NCBI RefSeq assembly: GCF_006345805.1
Contig: NC_043008.1
Coordinates: forward strand, 61,256,001-61,320,000
DNA from: Octopus sinensis
Taxonomy: Eukaryota
Reading direction: 5' to 3'
DNA length: 64,000 nucleotides
The notes under the pieces were generated by a model. The model was not told the origin of the DNA, did not search any database, and saw nothing but the letters and a program-made list of their open reading frames with translations. The number at the start of each line of letters is the position of its first letter. Positions within the stretch are counted from its first letter, which is position 1. A program made the translations under genes and the position numbers. This document shows positions 53,307 through 64,000 of the stretch, piece by piece.

Positions 53307-53685
53307 ATATATATATATATGGGTGTGTGTGTATGTCCGTGTGTGCATATGCGTGTCTGTTTGTGTGTATATGCATGTGCGTGTGTGTATGTGTGTGTGT
53401 GTATCTGTGTGTGCGTTTGTAAGTATGTGCGAGTATATGTGTACGTAAAATAGGTTTTCACATGTGTTTGAATCGTAAGTAGCACAGAAATATGAAATCC
53501 CCAAATACGTGTATCAGAAGTGTGTGGTAACGACGATAAATTATGCTTAGCAAATATTTCGTACAGGGTTAACCTTGTAGGAATAAAGACAATAAATATA
53601 GGTTTCAAAATATGCGTCTTCACAATTATTTGCTACGTATAACATCACTGTTGCACATGAGTATATATCAGGAAATCGTGCTTTC

Positions 53686-53758
<73 letters not shown>

Positions 53759-53868
53759 TGTGTGTATACAAATGCGTGCGTACGCGCATACACAAGTATA
53801 CGCACATGTGCATATATATACATATATACTACGCATGTATGTGGATAACAGTGTGTGAGTGTGTGTGA

Positions 53869-53919
<51 letters not shown>

Positions 53920-54425
53920 AATTATGTATGTATATTGAAGAACTGAGAGTTTCGTGCGTGGGCACTTATTGATATCAATAAAAATATATATATATATTAT
54001 ATATATATATAATGTATATATATATATATATACACACACATATTTGAGTTAATTTTCCTGTCTACATCATCAAATTCTACACACACGCCAACACATAAAC
54101 ACACACGCAGGCACACAAACGCACGCGCAGATACACGCGCACATATATAAATATATACATGTATATACTTTAATACTTATATGGTTGTATGTGTATGAAT
54201 ATACATATACACATACGTATGTAAGCGTATAACTGTATCTATATATGCACAGATATAAATACGTATATTCATAATTGCGAGATAAGCACATGCATTTCTA
54301 GAATTATTTAGAATATTGTAACAAAATATATAATCACAGAATTGCTGATAATATACATGCTAGTCAAATAATTTGTTCCCTGTTTAAATATGGAGGTAAT
54401 TTCTCATGAACAATATGTTTCACAG

Positions 54426-54471
54426 ATATCAGTCAGACTGTCTGGGGCCACAAGATATAAAGATAATCTAC
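54426..54471 (+). other. Candidate 46-nt exon
   Basis: atgtttcacag|ATATCAG...ATCTAC|gtaagt. Two open frames (ISVRLSGATRYKDNL or YQSDCLGPQDIKIIY). No recognised homology. Confidence 0.2.
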
Positions 54472-54814
54472 GTAAGTAGTGAAAGGATTAATACAGTGAT
54501 GCTTTTTCTAATCATTTCAAAGCTGTCATTTGCATCTTTCTGCTAAAGCGTGTACAATAACTAAACTGGCAGACATGCGCACATTCGCTGACTAGAAGCA
54601 AACTGAAATGCAGGCGCATGGACCGCCACATACAATCATATATTCTTTACTTTCTCTGTTTTCGCTCTCTCTCTCTCTCTCTCTCTCACTGTATATATCT
54701 ATATCTATATATGTATATGTATATATATATATTTTTATATTTATGTTTCTATATATATGCATATATTTGTAGGCATATATGTATGTATGTATGTATATAT
54801 GTATTTACGTATAT

Positions 54815-54857
<43 letters not shown>

Positions 54858-54927
54858 CACACATATATGCATGTATATATATATATGTATATATATTTAA
54901 TATATAATATATATATATATTTATATC

Positions 54928-54958
<31 letters not shown>

Positions 54959-55276
54959 ATATACACGCACGCTTATATGCGTACACATAAATACGTACAA
55001 CACACACGCAATCTTACAGGGAAGAGTATATATATTATATATATAATAATATTTAATTGAGGTTGAATTGAGCAAGCACTATATGAGAGAGGTTTTCTTT
55101 AAGTGTTAGAATAGTGTTTTTTAAGCTGCTATTTCTAACGAGTTCATATGCGGCAAAGTAATTTATTTTATAGCCCTTTTATATAATGTAATAATTTGAA
55201 TTTGCCTTAAATGGTCCCTTTGCATACGATACTGGGAAATTGATTAATTAATTATTAATTTCAACCCTCATTGTTG

Positions 55277-55334
<58 letters not shown>

Positions 55335-55582
55335 TATATATAATATGTAAATAGGCATATATATGCATGTGTGTGTATGTGTATGTACATACGTCTGGCT
55401 CTATGTGTTCGCATGCAACAGCAGGCGTGCCGGAATACATTTCTGCATCTGTATGGTGGTTACAGTCATGTAAATTTAAATTGCATACATTAGTGGAACA
55501 CTATACACAGACATAAAATTATACATACACTCATATATATACTTCTATTTCTTGCTCATAGTACTCATCACCGTTTAATTCG

Positions 55583-55730
55583 GCGAGCTGGAAGAATCGT
55601 AGCACGCCGGACGAAATATATAGCGGCGTTTCGTACGTCTTTCCGTTCAGGTTTCATACTCCGTCGATGTCGACGTGTTGATAGAATAAGTAACAGTCGA
55701 GCCTTGTGCCATGCTTCGAAACCGATATGC
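55583..55730 (+). mobile_element. Old SINE-A remnant
   Basis: ggcgagctggaagaatcgtagcacgccggacgaaat... Confidence 0.6.
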
Positions 55731-55759
55731 ATCATCGATTCTATATTGCTGTAGCTGAT

Positions 55760-56010
55760 TTTGTTGTTGTTGTTGTTGTTGTTGTTCTTGTTCTTCTTCT
55801 TCTTCTTCTTCTTCTTCTTCGTTTCATCATGATCATAATTATCACCATCATATTCCTCATCCTCCCAATCATCATCAACATCATCATCATCATCATCATC
55901 ATCACCATTATCATCATCATCATCACCATCATCATCATCATCCTCCTCCCCCCCTCATCCATCATCATCATCACCACCATTATCATCGTCATCATCATCA
56001 TTGTCATCAC
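55760..56010. repeat. (GTT)n-(CTT)n-(CAT)n compound microsatellite
   Basis: Read directly. Confidence 0.95.
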
Positions 56011-56029
56011 TATATATATATATATCCTT

Positions 56030-56260
56030 GTTTTGTATACAATCGAGGCTTTCTTCCAAGGAATCTAATGCGCTTGGCTTAGATTTTCCTTTGGGGCTGG
56101 CCAGATCGGAGCAATCTCAAGATTAATCAGCTGAAATTGCGAAGATGATCCGGTTCTTGACTGAAGATTGAAGGCTTTCGAATGTCCCGTCCCGTGTTTT
56201 TTTGTATCGTCTTCTAATGTCTCACGTTCTTGTCCCAGTTTGTGTTTTTTTTTTTCACAT
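56030..56260 (+). mobile_element. (TA)n-flanked short repeat, probable Penelope-type terminal repeat with decayed hammerhead-like motif
   Basis: gcgaaga-t-gatc[..]gatt-gaag-gctt-tc at 56139-56179 keeps the hammerhead layout with several substitutions. It lies next to the GIY-YIG remnant. Confidence 0.35.
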
Positions 56261-56271
56261 TTATATATATC

Positions 56272-56303
<32 letters not shown>

Positions 56304-56349
56304 ATTGTTTTTTGTTAACTTGTAAGGGGATCAATTACTATCTATCATA

Positions 56350-56960
56350 CCATCCGCATATTTAGCACGTCAGCACCAGTGTTAACAATAGCATCTCTGG
56401 GACCGCAGCTTACCTGTGATATACCAGGAATGCGAATATAGCCACATACCAGGTTTGTAAATATATCGGATCGGCCAGTACATCTTTCAAACGTTGCACC
56501 AACAAGCACCAGACATCCTTCGGAGTCCTAGAGAGACGTTTTGTCACGTCTCTGGCAAGCAATGTGTTGCACTTCAATGATCAAGGTTCCCTATGTGATA
56601 TCAGGTGGTAAATAATAGCTCATCCAGGGCCGTTGCAAAATCTGCATCGTGCAGAGGACCAAAATTCTTAAGAACTATGCTAAACATGGCGCGTTGAATA
56701 GTCGTAAGGAGGTTTCCTCTCTATGTGTCCATTTCAAGGTGTAAAATTTTATCTCCGCCTTTGCGGAGCTGTAATCTGGTCCAAGGGACATAACCTGACC
56801 CCATTAATGTTTTATACCTTACCTGTTAAACCGAGGAGTTTGGGCGTTTCCTCACGTCAGCGTGGTAGAAAGTTTAACTTTTTTGTCTTTGTATAGAATC
56901 TAACGAGCAATCCACAAGGTTGTTGCTTTCGTACGAAAACATTGGTAACTCTAGTACGAG
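56350..56960 (+). mobile_element. Decayed Penelope-like retroelement 3' part: GIY-YIG endonuclease remnant plus terminal repeat
   Basis: Across frameshifts: VIYQ (56416) / ANIATYQVCKYIGSASTSFKRCTNKHQTSF...DIRW*IIAH / GRCKICIVQRTKIL / KNYAKHGALNSRKEVSSLCVHFKV*. Matches the GIY-YIG and C-terminal RCxxC...LNxRxE...C-H pattern of PLE endonucleases. Confidence 0.75.
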
Positions 56961-57160
56961 AATTTAATATTTTGTTTTATACACACACACACACATACAC
57001 ACACCACACACACACACACACACACATATTATATATATACTATAGATATATATAATATATATACATAGACACATTTATACATATGCCATAAACACACATA
57101 TATAAATGCACGTCTACAGACATATATATTTAATTACATATATATATATATAATATATGT

Positions 57161-57207
<47 letters not shown>

Positions 57208-57284
57208 TATATATGTCTGTGTGCGTGCATTTATATATGTGTGTTTATGCATTGTATAAATATGTGTGTCTATGTATATATTAG

Positions 57285-57317
<33 letters not shown>

Positions 57318-58086
57318 ATATATTATATAATATATATATATACACACACACATTCGACCCATTTCGTTGACAATATTCTTCCGCGGGAGGTGAGGGGAAC
57401 TTTGTAGCAACCCATTGATCGGTGCACCTACTATAAAACTTCTGTTTCTGCTTCTATGCCAAATACTTCTCTGATATATTTTTGGTTTTCGCATTGGCTT
57501 AATTCGTCTCTACCACGTTTTGGAAATATTCTTTCATGTGGCGCTACTTCCAGTTTTTCTTTCGAATATTCAACATTTCTAAATTTCATGTCTTATTTGC
57601 TTCTAAACATAAAATAATATCTAAACTGGTCTAATTCCTTGATGTTAATAAAAATGTAATACTGAATCAAACAACTTCTTTTCATGAAATATCGTCATCC
57701 ATTTCCATCTGCTATACAAGAATAAAGATCTGGTTTATTATCCAGTACAAACTATAAAAAAAAATTTAAAGGGAAAGAAAATAAAATAAGGGCATCATTC
57801 AACGGATGAGAAAATTTTATTTTTTGTAATTTTGGTGCAAGGGCAGCTGTTTTGAAGTGGGAGAGGAGATCGATCGATTGCTTTTACTTTGTAAACTGCT
57901 ACTTCTTTAATTACACACACACACACACACACACATACACACACACACATACACACACACATATATATATGTGTATAAACATACACACAAATATGTGTAA
58001 CTATGTATTTATGTGTATATACCCATGTATACACATATATATTATTTGTATATATATACATATACACATATGCATATACATGTATA

Positions 58087-58157
<71 letters not shown>

Positions 58158-58491
58158 ATGTATATACCTCTATCTTCACAATCTAGATTTCAAACTCACA
58201 AGTGTGTAATATAACACATAATCTTAGATAAAATAAAGTGTAAGCTATAGCTGTCTTTTGATTCAGTTCACCATGACATGCTTATCAGCTTGCAGAAATA
58301 TGTCAGTTTGACATTTCCATTGTGCAATATTTTAAAGCCTGTATTCTTCTTCTACACGGAAGAATTACAGAACCCTGTTTACGTAAATGTACAACTACCC
58401 GATATATTTAGCTTTTTTAAATTTGTTATATCGTAATACCACACAGTGGCTGCGTAAGCTACGAAATCCTCGTCGCCTCCGTTATATATAT

Positions 58492-58977
58492 CTTTACTAC
58501 CCACCTGGGGCTAAACACAGAGGGGACAAACAAGGACAGACAAACGGATTAAGTCGATTATATCGACCACAGTGCATAACTGGTACTTATTTAATCGACC
58601 CCGAAAGGATGAAAGGCGAAGTCGACCTCGGCGGAATTTGAACTCAGAACGTAGCGACAGACGAAATACATACTTCTTTACTACCCACCTGGGGCTAAAC
58701 ACAGAGGGGACAAACAAGGACAGACAAACGGATTAAGTCGATTATATCAACCCCTGTGCGTAACTGGTACTTATTTAATCGACCCCGAAAGGATGAAAGG
58801 CGAAGTCGAACTCGGCGGAATTTGAACTCAGAACGTAGCGACAGACGAAATACATACTTCTTTACGACCCACAAGGGGCTAAACACAGAAGGGACAAACA
58901 AGGACAGACAAACGGATTAAGTCGATTATGTCGAGACCAGTGCGTAACTGGTACTTATTTAATCGACCCCGAGAGGA
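58492..58977 (-). mobile_element. SINE-A trimer (184-nt period, 5'-truncated)
   Basis: Units start at 58492, 58676 and 58860. 20-nt TSD-like flanks at 58468-58487 / 58978-58997 with 2 mismatches. Confidence 0.9.
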
Positions 58978-59133
58978 CCTCGTCGCCACTGTTATATCGC
59001 ACGTTCGGATACCTTCTACTCAATTCTATTCTGACGACGTCTAGACTGCTCCCTCTATATCAACGTTTTGGACGTACTTCATCGTCTGGGCGCGTTCACA
59101 CAACAAGATTGTAAAGAGGCTGTATTATAATAT

Positions 59134-59134
59134 A

Positions 59135-59203
<69 letters not shown>

Positions 59204-59462
59204 TGTGTAGAGTGCTCAGGTGCACTACAACTCATCTAAAGTGTATATATAATCAGGTGTAGTTTCGGCGGATTTCGGAAAGTATGAGGGTCTTAAAGGA
59301 TTCAGTGTCATGGCAGTCAACAACTGACGCAGGCAGTTTATTCCATGCTTCAGCAACTCTGAGCGTGAAAAAATGTTTCCGAAAGTCATGGGAGCTGTGT
59401 TGTTTTCTGACTTTGTAGGCATGTCCACGTGTGTTGGACACATGGATATCAAAACATGTCTG
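59134..59462 (-). mobile_element. CR1-clade LINE 3' end with (TTA)n tail
   Basis: ORF 59253-59441 contains TRGHAYKVRKQ...RKHFFTLRVAEAWNKLPASVV...SFK, the canonical CR1 RT C-terminus. A short 3' UTR follows, then the (AAT)n run at 59134-59202. Confidence 0.9.
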
Positions 59463-59967
59463 TGTGCTTGTTTATAAAAAAAAAACTGTTCTTCAGAGAG
59501 AATTTGCCTCACTGAAAAATAAACATTTTACCTTTCAGAGGATAAAGAAGCAAATTATATTAGTTGTATCAGTCATGGGTCGTGTCAGGTTGCACTCTTG
59601 AAGCTCTATGTTGAACAAATCTAAATCAACCCTACTATTTCTTTGCTTAAATCCGGATTTTTTTCCTTCCCTTTTTTCTTTTGCTCTATCACTAATTTAC
59701 GGGGACAGAAATAACTTGTTAGACGGTGGTGGTCAAATACAAAGACACACAGATATATGTCCGTGTGAGTATAGATATGTGTGTGCGTGTGTGTGAGACT
59801 ATATGCACGATGAATTTCCCACTGTTGTGCTCAAGCCGAGGCCAAGAGGCTGCGAAGCGGTTTATATCAACTTCATATTTTGTGTAATTTGGCATTTGAA
59901 ATGCAACACAAACGTCTTTTGCATAGACGCAACATCCTATATATCTTAGCTAAAATGATATAATAAT

Positions 59968-60126
59968 AGGCGTAGTAGTGGCTGTGTGGTAAGTAGCATG
60001 CTTACAACATGGTTCGGGTTCAGTCCCACTGCGTAGCACCTTGGGCAAGTGTCTTCTACTATAGCCTGGGGCCGACCAAAGACTTGTGAGTGGATTTGGT
60101 AGACGGAAACTGAAAGAAGCCCGTCG

Positions 60127-60167
<41 letters not shown>

Positions 60168-60387
60168 ATATGTTTGTGTGTCCGTGTTTGTCCCCCCAAC
60201 ATCACTTAACAACCGATGCTGGTGTGTTTACGTCCCCGTAACTTAGCGGTTCGGCAAAAGAGACCGATAGAATAAGTATTAGGCTTACAAAGAATAAGTC
60301 CTTGGATCTATTTGCTCGACCAAAGGCGGTGCTCCAGCACGGCCACAGTCACATGACTGAAACAAGAGAGTAAAGAGTAAAAGAGTA
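59968..60387 (+). mobile_element. SINE family B, full length
   Basis: Same body with an (aaagagt)n-like tail. Confidence 0.85.
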
Positions 60388-63300
60388 ATAACAGATTCTA
60401 CGTTAATTCAAAGAGAAATGGTTCAGAGAGCTTCTGGCAAAAATGTTTATGAAAAGCTTGACTGCAATATCTCACTATTTTTCTTGCAGATGAATAAATT
60501 GGATATCCAAATATGTATCTTTGTATCGATATCACCGCTAGTTGTTTCTCTAGAAAGTAATCTCCAGATTTATCAAATTTTCTATTAGTATTGATCATGA
60601 CCTGATCGACGCAACTACAAGCAAGTACCACAATTATAATTAGATTACATAATAGCAACAACTGCAGTGAATCTAAAACTGATGGAAGGACATTGGGAGA
60701 AACATAAAAAAAAAACGAGAAAGTGAATGAGTGAGCTCTAAACGATAATATATATAATGACAAAAGAAACTTAAAAATAAAAAAAAATAGGAACTGATAA
60801 TATTTTAATAAAGTAAACATCGTTAAGAGTTATTGTAATATGCGGACTTTAATTTTCCTTTTCCATTTATATATTTATATTTTATATTTTTAATACATTG
60901 TTTTTCTCTTAACTAAAATGGCGTCTCACTGCATGTTTGTATTGGCTGATCAAGGTCGTAAGCGATAAAATTTTAATGTGAGTAAATAACTGATTTCTGT
61001 TTTATATAGTTTAGCATGTTCTACATGTTGAGCACGTGAACAGAAGATACTATACTGCGAACAAATACTTACATATATACACAAGTATACATGTATGTAT
61101 AACGTATACATGTATGTGCACGTTATCGATATGCTCCCGCACACTCCCACAGCCACAATATATTTGGGTGTATCTAACCTAACTTCTTTCTATTTTTTCT
61201 CTCTATCTGCCTATCTGTCTGTCTGTCTGCCCAACTCTCTATCTATCTATTTATCTGTCTATCTGTATGTCTATCAATCTACACACGCACTTACACATAC
61301 GTACGCACACAAAAAGCGTTTAAATAGTAGGCAAGATGATAGTCAAATTCAAAGGGCTGATATAAATACAAACTGCGCTTTGTATCTTACTGCTTCTACC
61401 TGCTTCACTTGCTCGCTCATTGTTAGAATCTTACCGAACGAAATCAATGACATGCCTGGCTACCAACTCCGATATTGTAACTGCAGCTTGGGTGAGTGAA
61501 GGGAAATTGTTGTAAGAAAATTTTTCTCAAATTGAAAACAATTTGTACTCAAAGTAGTTGCAATTATTTGCACACTGTCAAAATATCAAATGGATATATG
61601 TTGATATTAAGAAAGAAATGGAAATCTTGTCTCATCACAAAACATCGCATTACTATAGATATGGACTAAAGTTAGTGCCAGAGACCAAATGCGAATCTTT
61701 GGAGCTGTGTACCATTGAATACTTATATGATGGTTAAGACATCTAGGAGAGTAGCAGGCCAGCTGCATAATAATTTATGAGTACAAAAGAAAGTATAATA
61801 TTCAATGTAGGAAGATAAGACGAGGATAACTATGGGGTAGTGTTTGTGGTAGTGGTTTTCATAGTGATGTGAGTGGTGTTGTTTTCTACTCACACTCACA
61901 CAGACACTTTCTCACACCACCTCATTCTCACACATGTCTAGTTGGTGATTTAAAACGTTATGTATGAAACTTTCGAAATCTCACTTTGCATCGAATTATA
62001 AAATTGCATTTACCATCTTCCGACAGATTAATCTGCTTTCTGCAGTATCAGAATCTGTGTGTTTGTGTATGTGTGTATATATGTATGTGTGTGTGAAAGT
62101 GAGAGAGAGAGATAGAGAGAGGGAGGGAGAGAATATGTGTGGAGAAGAAACACATACTTAGAGGTTTGCAAAAGAAATATGATTTAGTAGATATAAGCAT
62201 ATCAATTTAGAAGAAGCATATCCTGGAAAGAGTAATCTATGATGAAAGAGCATAAATTCAGTCATATGTCTAGAAGTTAGTGGAGCTGTTACACACATCC
62301 CGTTTTTATTTCAGTTGGAAGAACATGGGTGGATGTAATATGTCTGCTACATCTTTGATGATTAACTTATTGCTTGTACATCATCGACCGGAATCGTTTG
62401 GTCAAAGGAAGTTCAGTCTATGAGAGCCATGTTAAGGAAGTGAGTGTAGAAATAATAATAACGAAGTCAGCAAACTTCAGTAAGTGCGTATACCATTGGG
62501 ATACAAGCATACTTTTTTTTATGTCGAGCCAAGCCTCTCGTTTCAGGAAGAAAATGGTTGAATTATTTTTGATGGTACTGAAAAATAAGATCAAATAATT
62601 CATGTATGATATTTTGCTGTATAAGCAATGCATTAAAATTAAAATAGAAGATGATAATTTCCTGTATATTTTCCATGTTTTCTTCTCTTGTTTTTGTTTT
62701 CTTGTCAACCAGTCTTGTACTCTTGAATAGGTTGCGACTATGCCAATGTGATTTAATCGGCGGGAACATTTCTAGGTTCGTGTCTGCGAGCATTTCCATA
62801 CAGGTCCTAATTTTGCTATCACCTGCGCGTGCTTACATGTTACAAAACTGGATTAAAAGCAATGAAAATTTAGTTCATAATTATAAATAATCATATTAGA
62901 TTAAAATAATCCCAAATGTGATAATCTTATTAACAACGAAAGAGAAATTTAATAAAATATGCAGCTTGTTATGGAAATTATAAGAATTATAAAATGATTA
63001 TATTCATCTTATATGTCCATGGTATATTTTTTAAAGATTTTTTTCCCCATCGAATTCTTTCCACAAAGCTGTTGTGTGAGAAATTAATTTCGTGCTTTCT
63101 GTAACTTGGGCCATTCCGAGTTTTATAATGGATGATGGCAAGGTTGATCAACTAAGTTCACTTTCCAATTATCAGTTTTCACTTTCATTTACAATTGTTG
63201 CAAATCTTGCGAGTGGAATCATGGTAACAGCAAACGTGTAGAAGATATTGGCATAGATTTTATCGGTAATTCAATCTCTAATTCAAAGATTCAGATTGTC

Positions 63301-64000
63301 ACATATTTTATCACAGCTAAGGTTTACGTTAAGTGTGTATTTTACTGTGGGATACTAAACAGCATAGACATTACTTTTACAAGTAAATAATTCACTTGTT
63401 CAGAGTACGAAATGGTCATTGTAAGTCGATAGAAACACATTCCCACTAAAACTTTTTAAAGATAGAATACCGTGAAATTTTTTATCCCATGTTGTGATCT
63501 GAAGGCTATTAAATTACTTCTCACTAAGTCAGATGACCGAGTACCAGCTTCGTCTAGTGCGTCTATATTTAGAAGAGTCAGGTACTAATACGTTCTATAA
63601 TGTTCAAAGAGACCAGCCAAACACACACACACACGCGCACACACAAATAGATAGACATATATGTATACATATATCTATGTGTGTATTCATGCATATATTT
63701 AGATATATATGTGAAAGTATGCATGTATGTATACACACATTTAACTTAGAGTCTAAGGCTGTTCGGTTAATGGTTGAGTATAGTTAAAACAGTCTATCGC
63801 ATGCTACAATGGTTTTCATATATGTATTTATTATGAATATTTTGCTGTGAAAAATTCGATTAATTTTCAAGTCAATATCTTGGATAAACACGAATAAAAA
63901 TGTTCTTCATACACATTCATGAGCAACACTCATAGTGCCAGCTTCGAAATGACACACACACGCACGAGCATACGCACACTCTCCTTCTTACTCTCTCTTT

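Overview
AT-rich, microsatellite-saturated eukaryotic DNA. The SINE families and the (TA)n/(CA)n/(TATC)n density point to an octopus (cephalopod) genome; this comes from recalled repeat consensuses, not a search. I find no recognisable host protein-coding gene. Almost every ORF in the track is translated microsatellite, SINE or transposon debris, so the window is probably intergenic or deep intronic. Contents: about 30 tRNA-derived SINE copies in four families (called A-D here); 3' remnants of RTE (two kinds), CR1, R4/Dong and Penelope-like (GIY-YIG) retroelements; mariner and maT fragments; a hAT MITE; and a probable non-autonomous Helitron. The most interesting signals are RNA-structural. 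(1) Two well-formed minimal type I hammerhead ribozymes (2119-2161, 18611-18680), plus several motifs with the same architecture but altered or decayed cores, mostly in short elements embedded in (TA)n. (2) SINE-A dimers and a trimer, each flanked by a single target-site duplication and joined at the same internal site, implying that multimeric templates were retrotransposed. (3) A ~165-nt inverted repeat spanning ~1.9 kb and a 109-nt near-perfect hairpin. (4) A 137-nt, 66% GC island with pseudoknot-forming potential inside a local duplication. All alignments, counts and folds were done by eye and none was computed.
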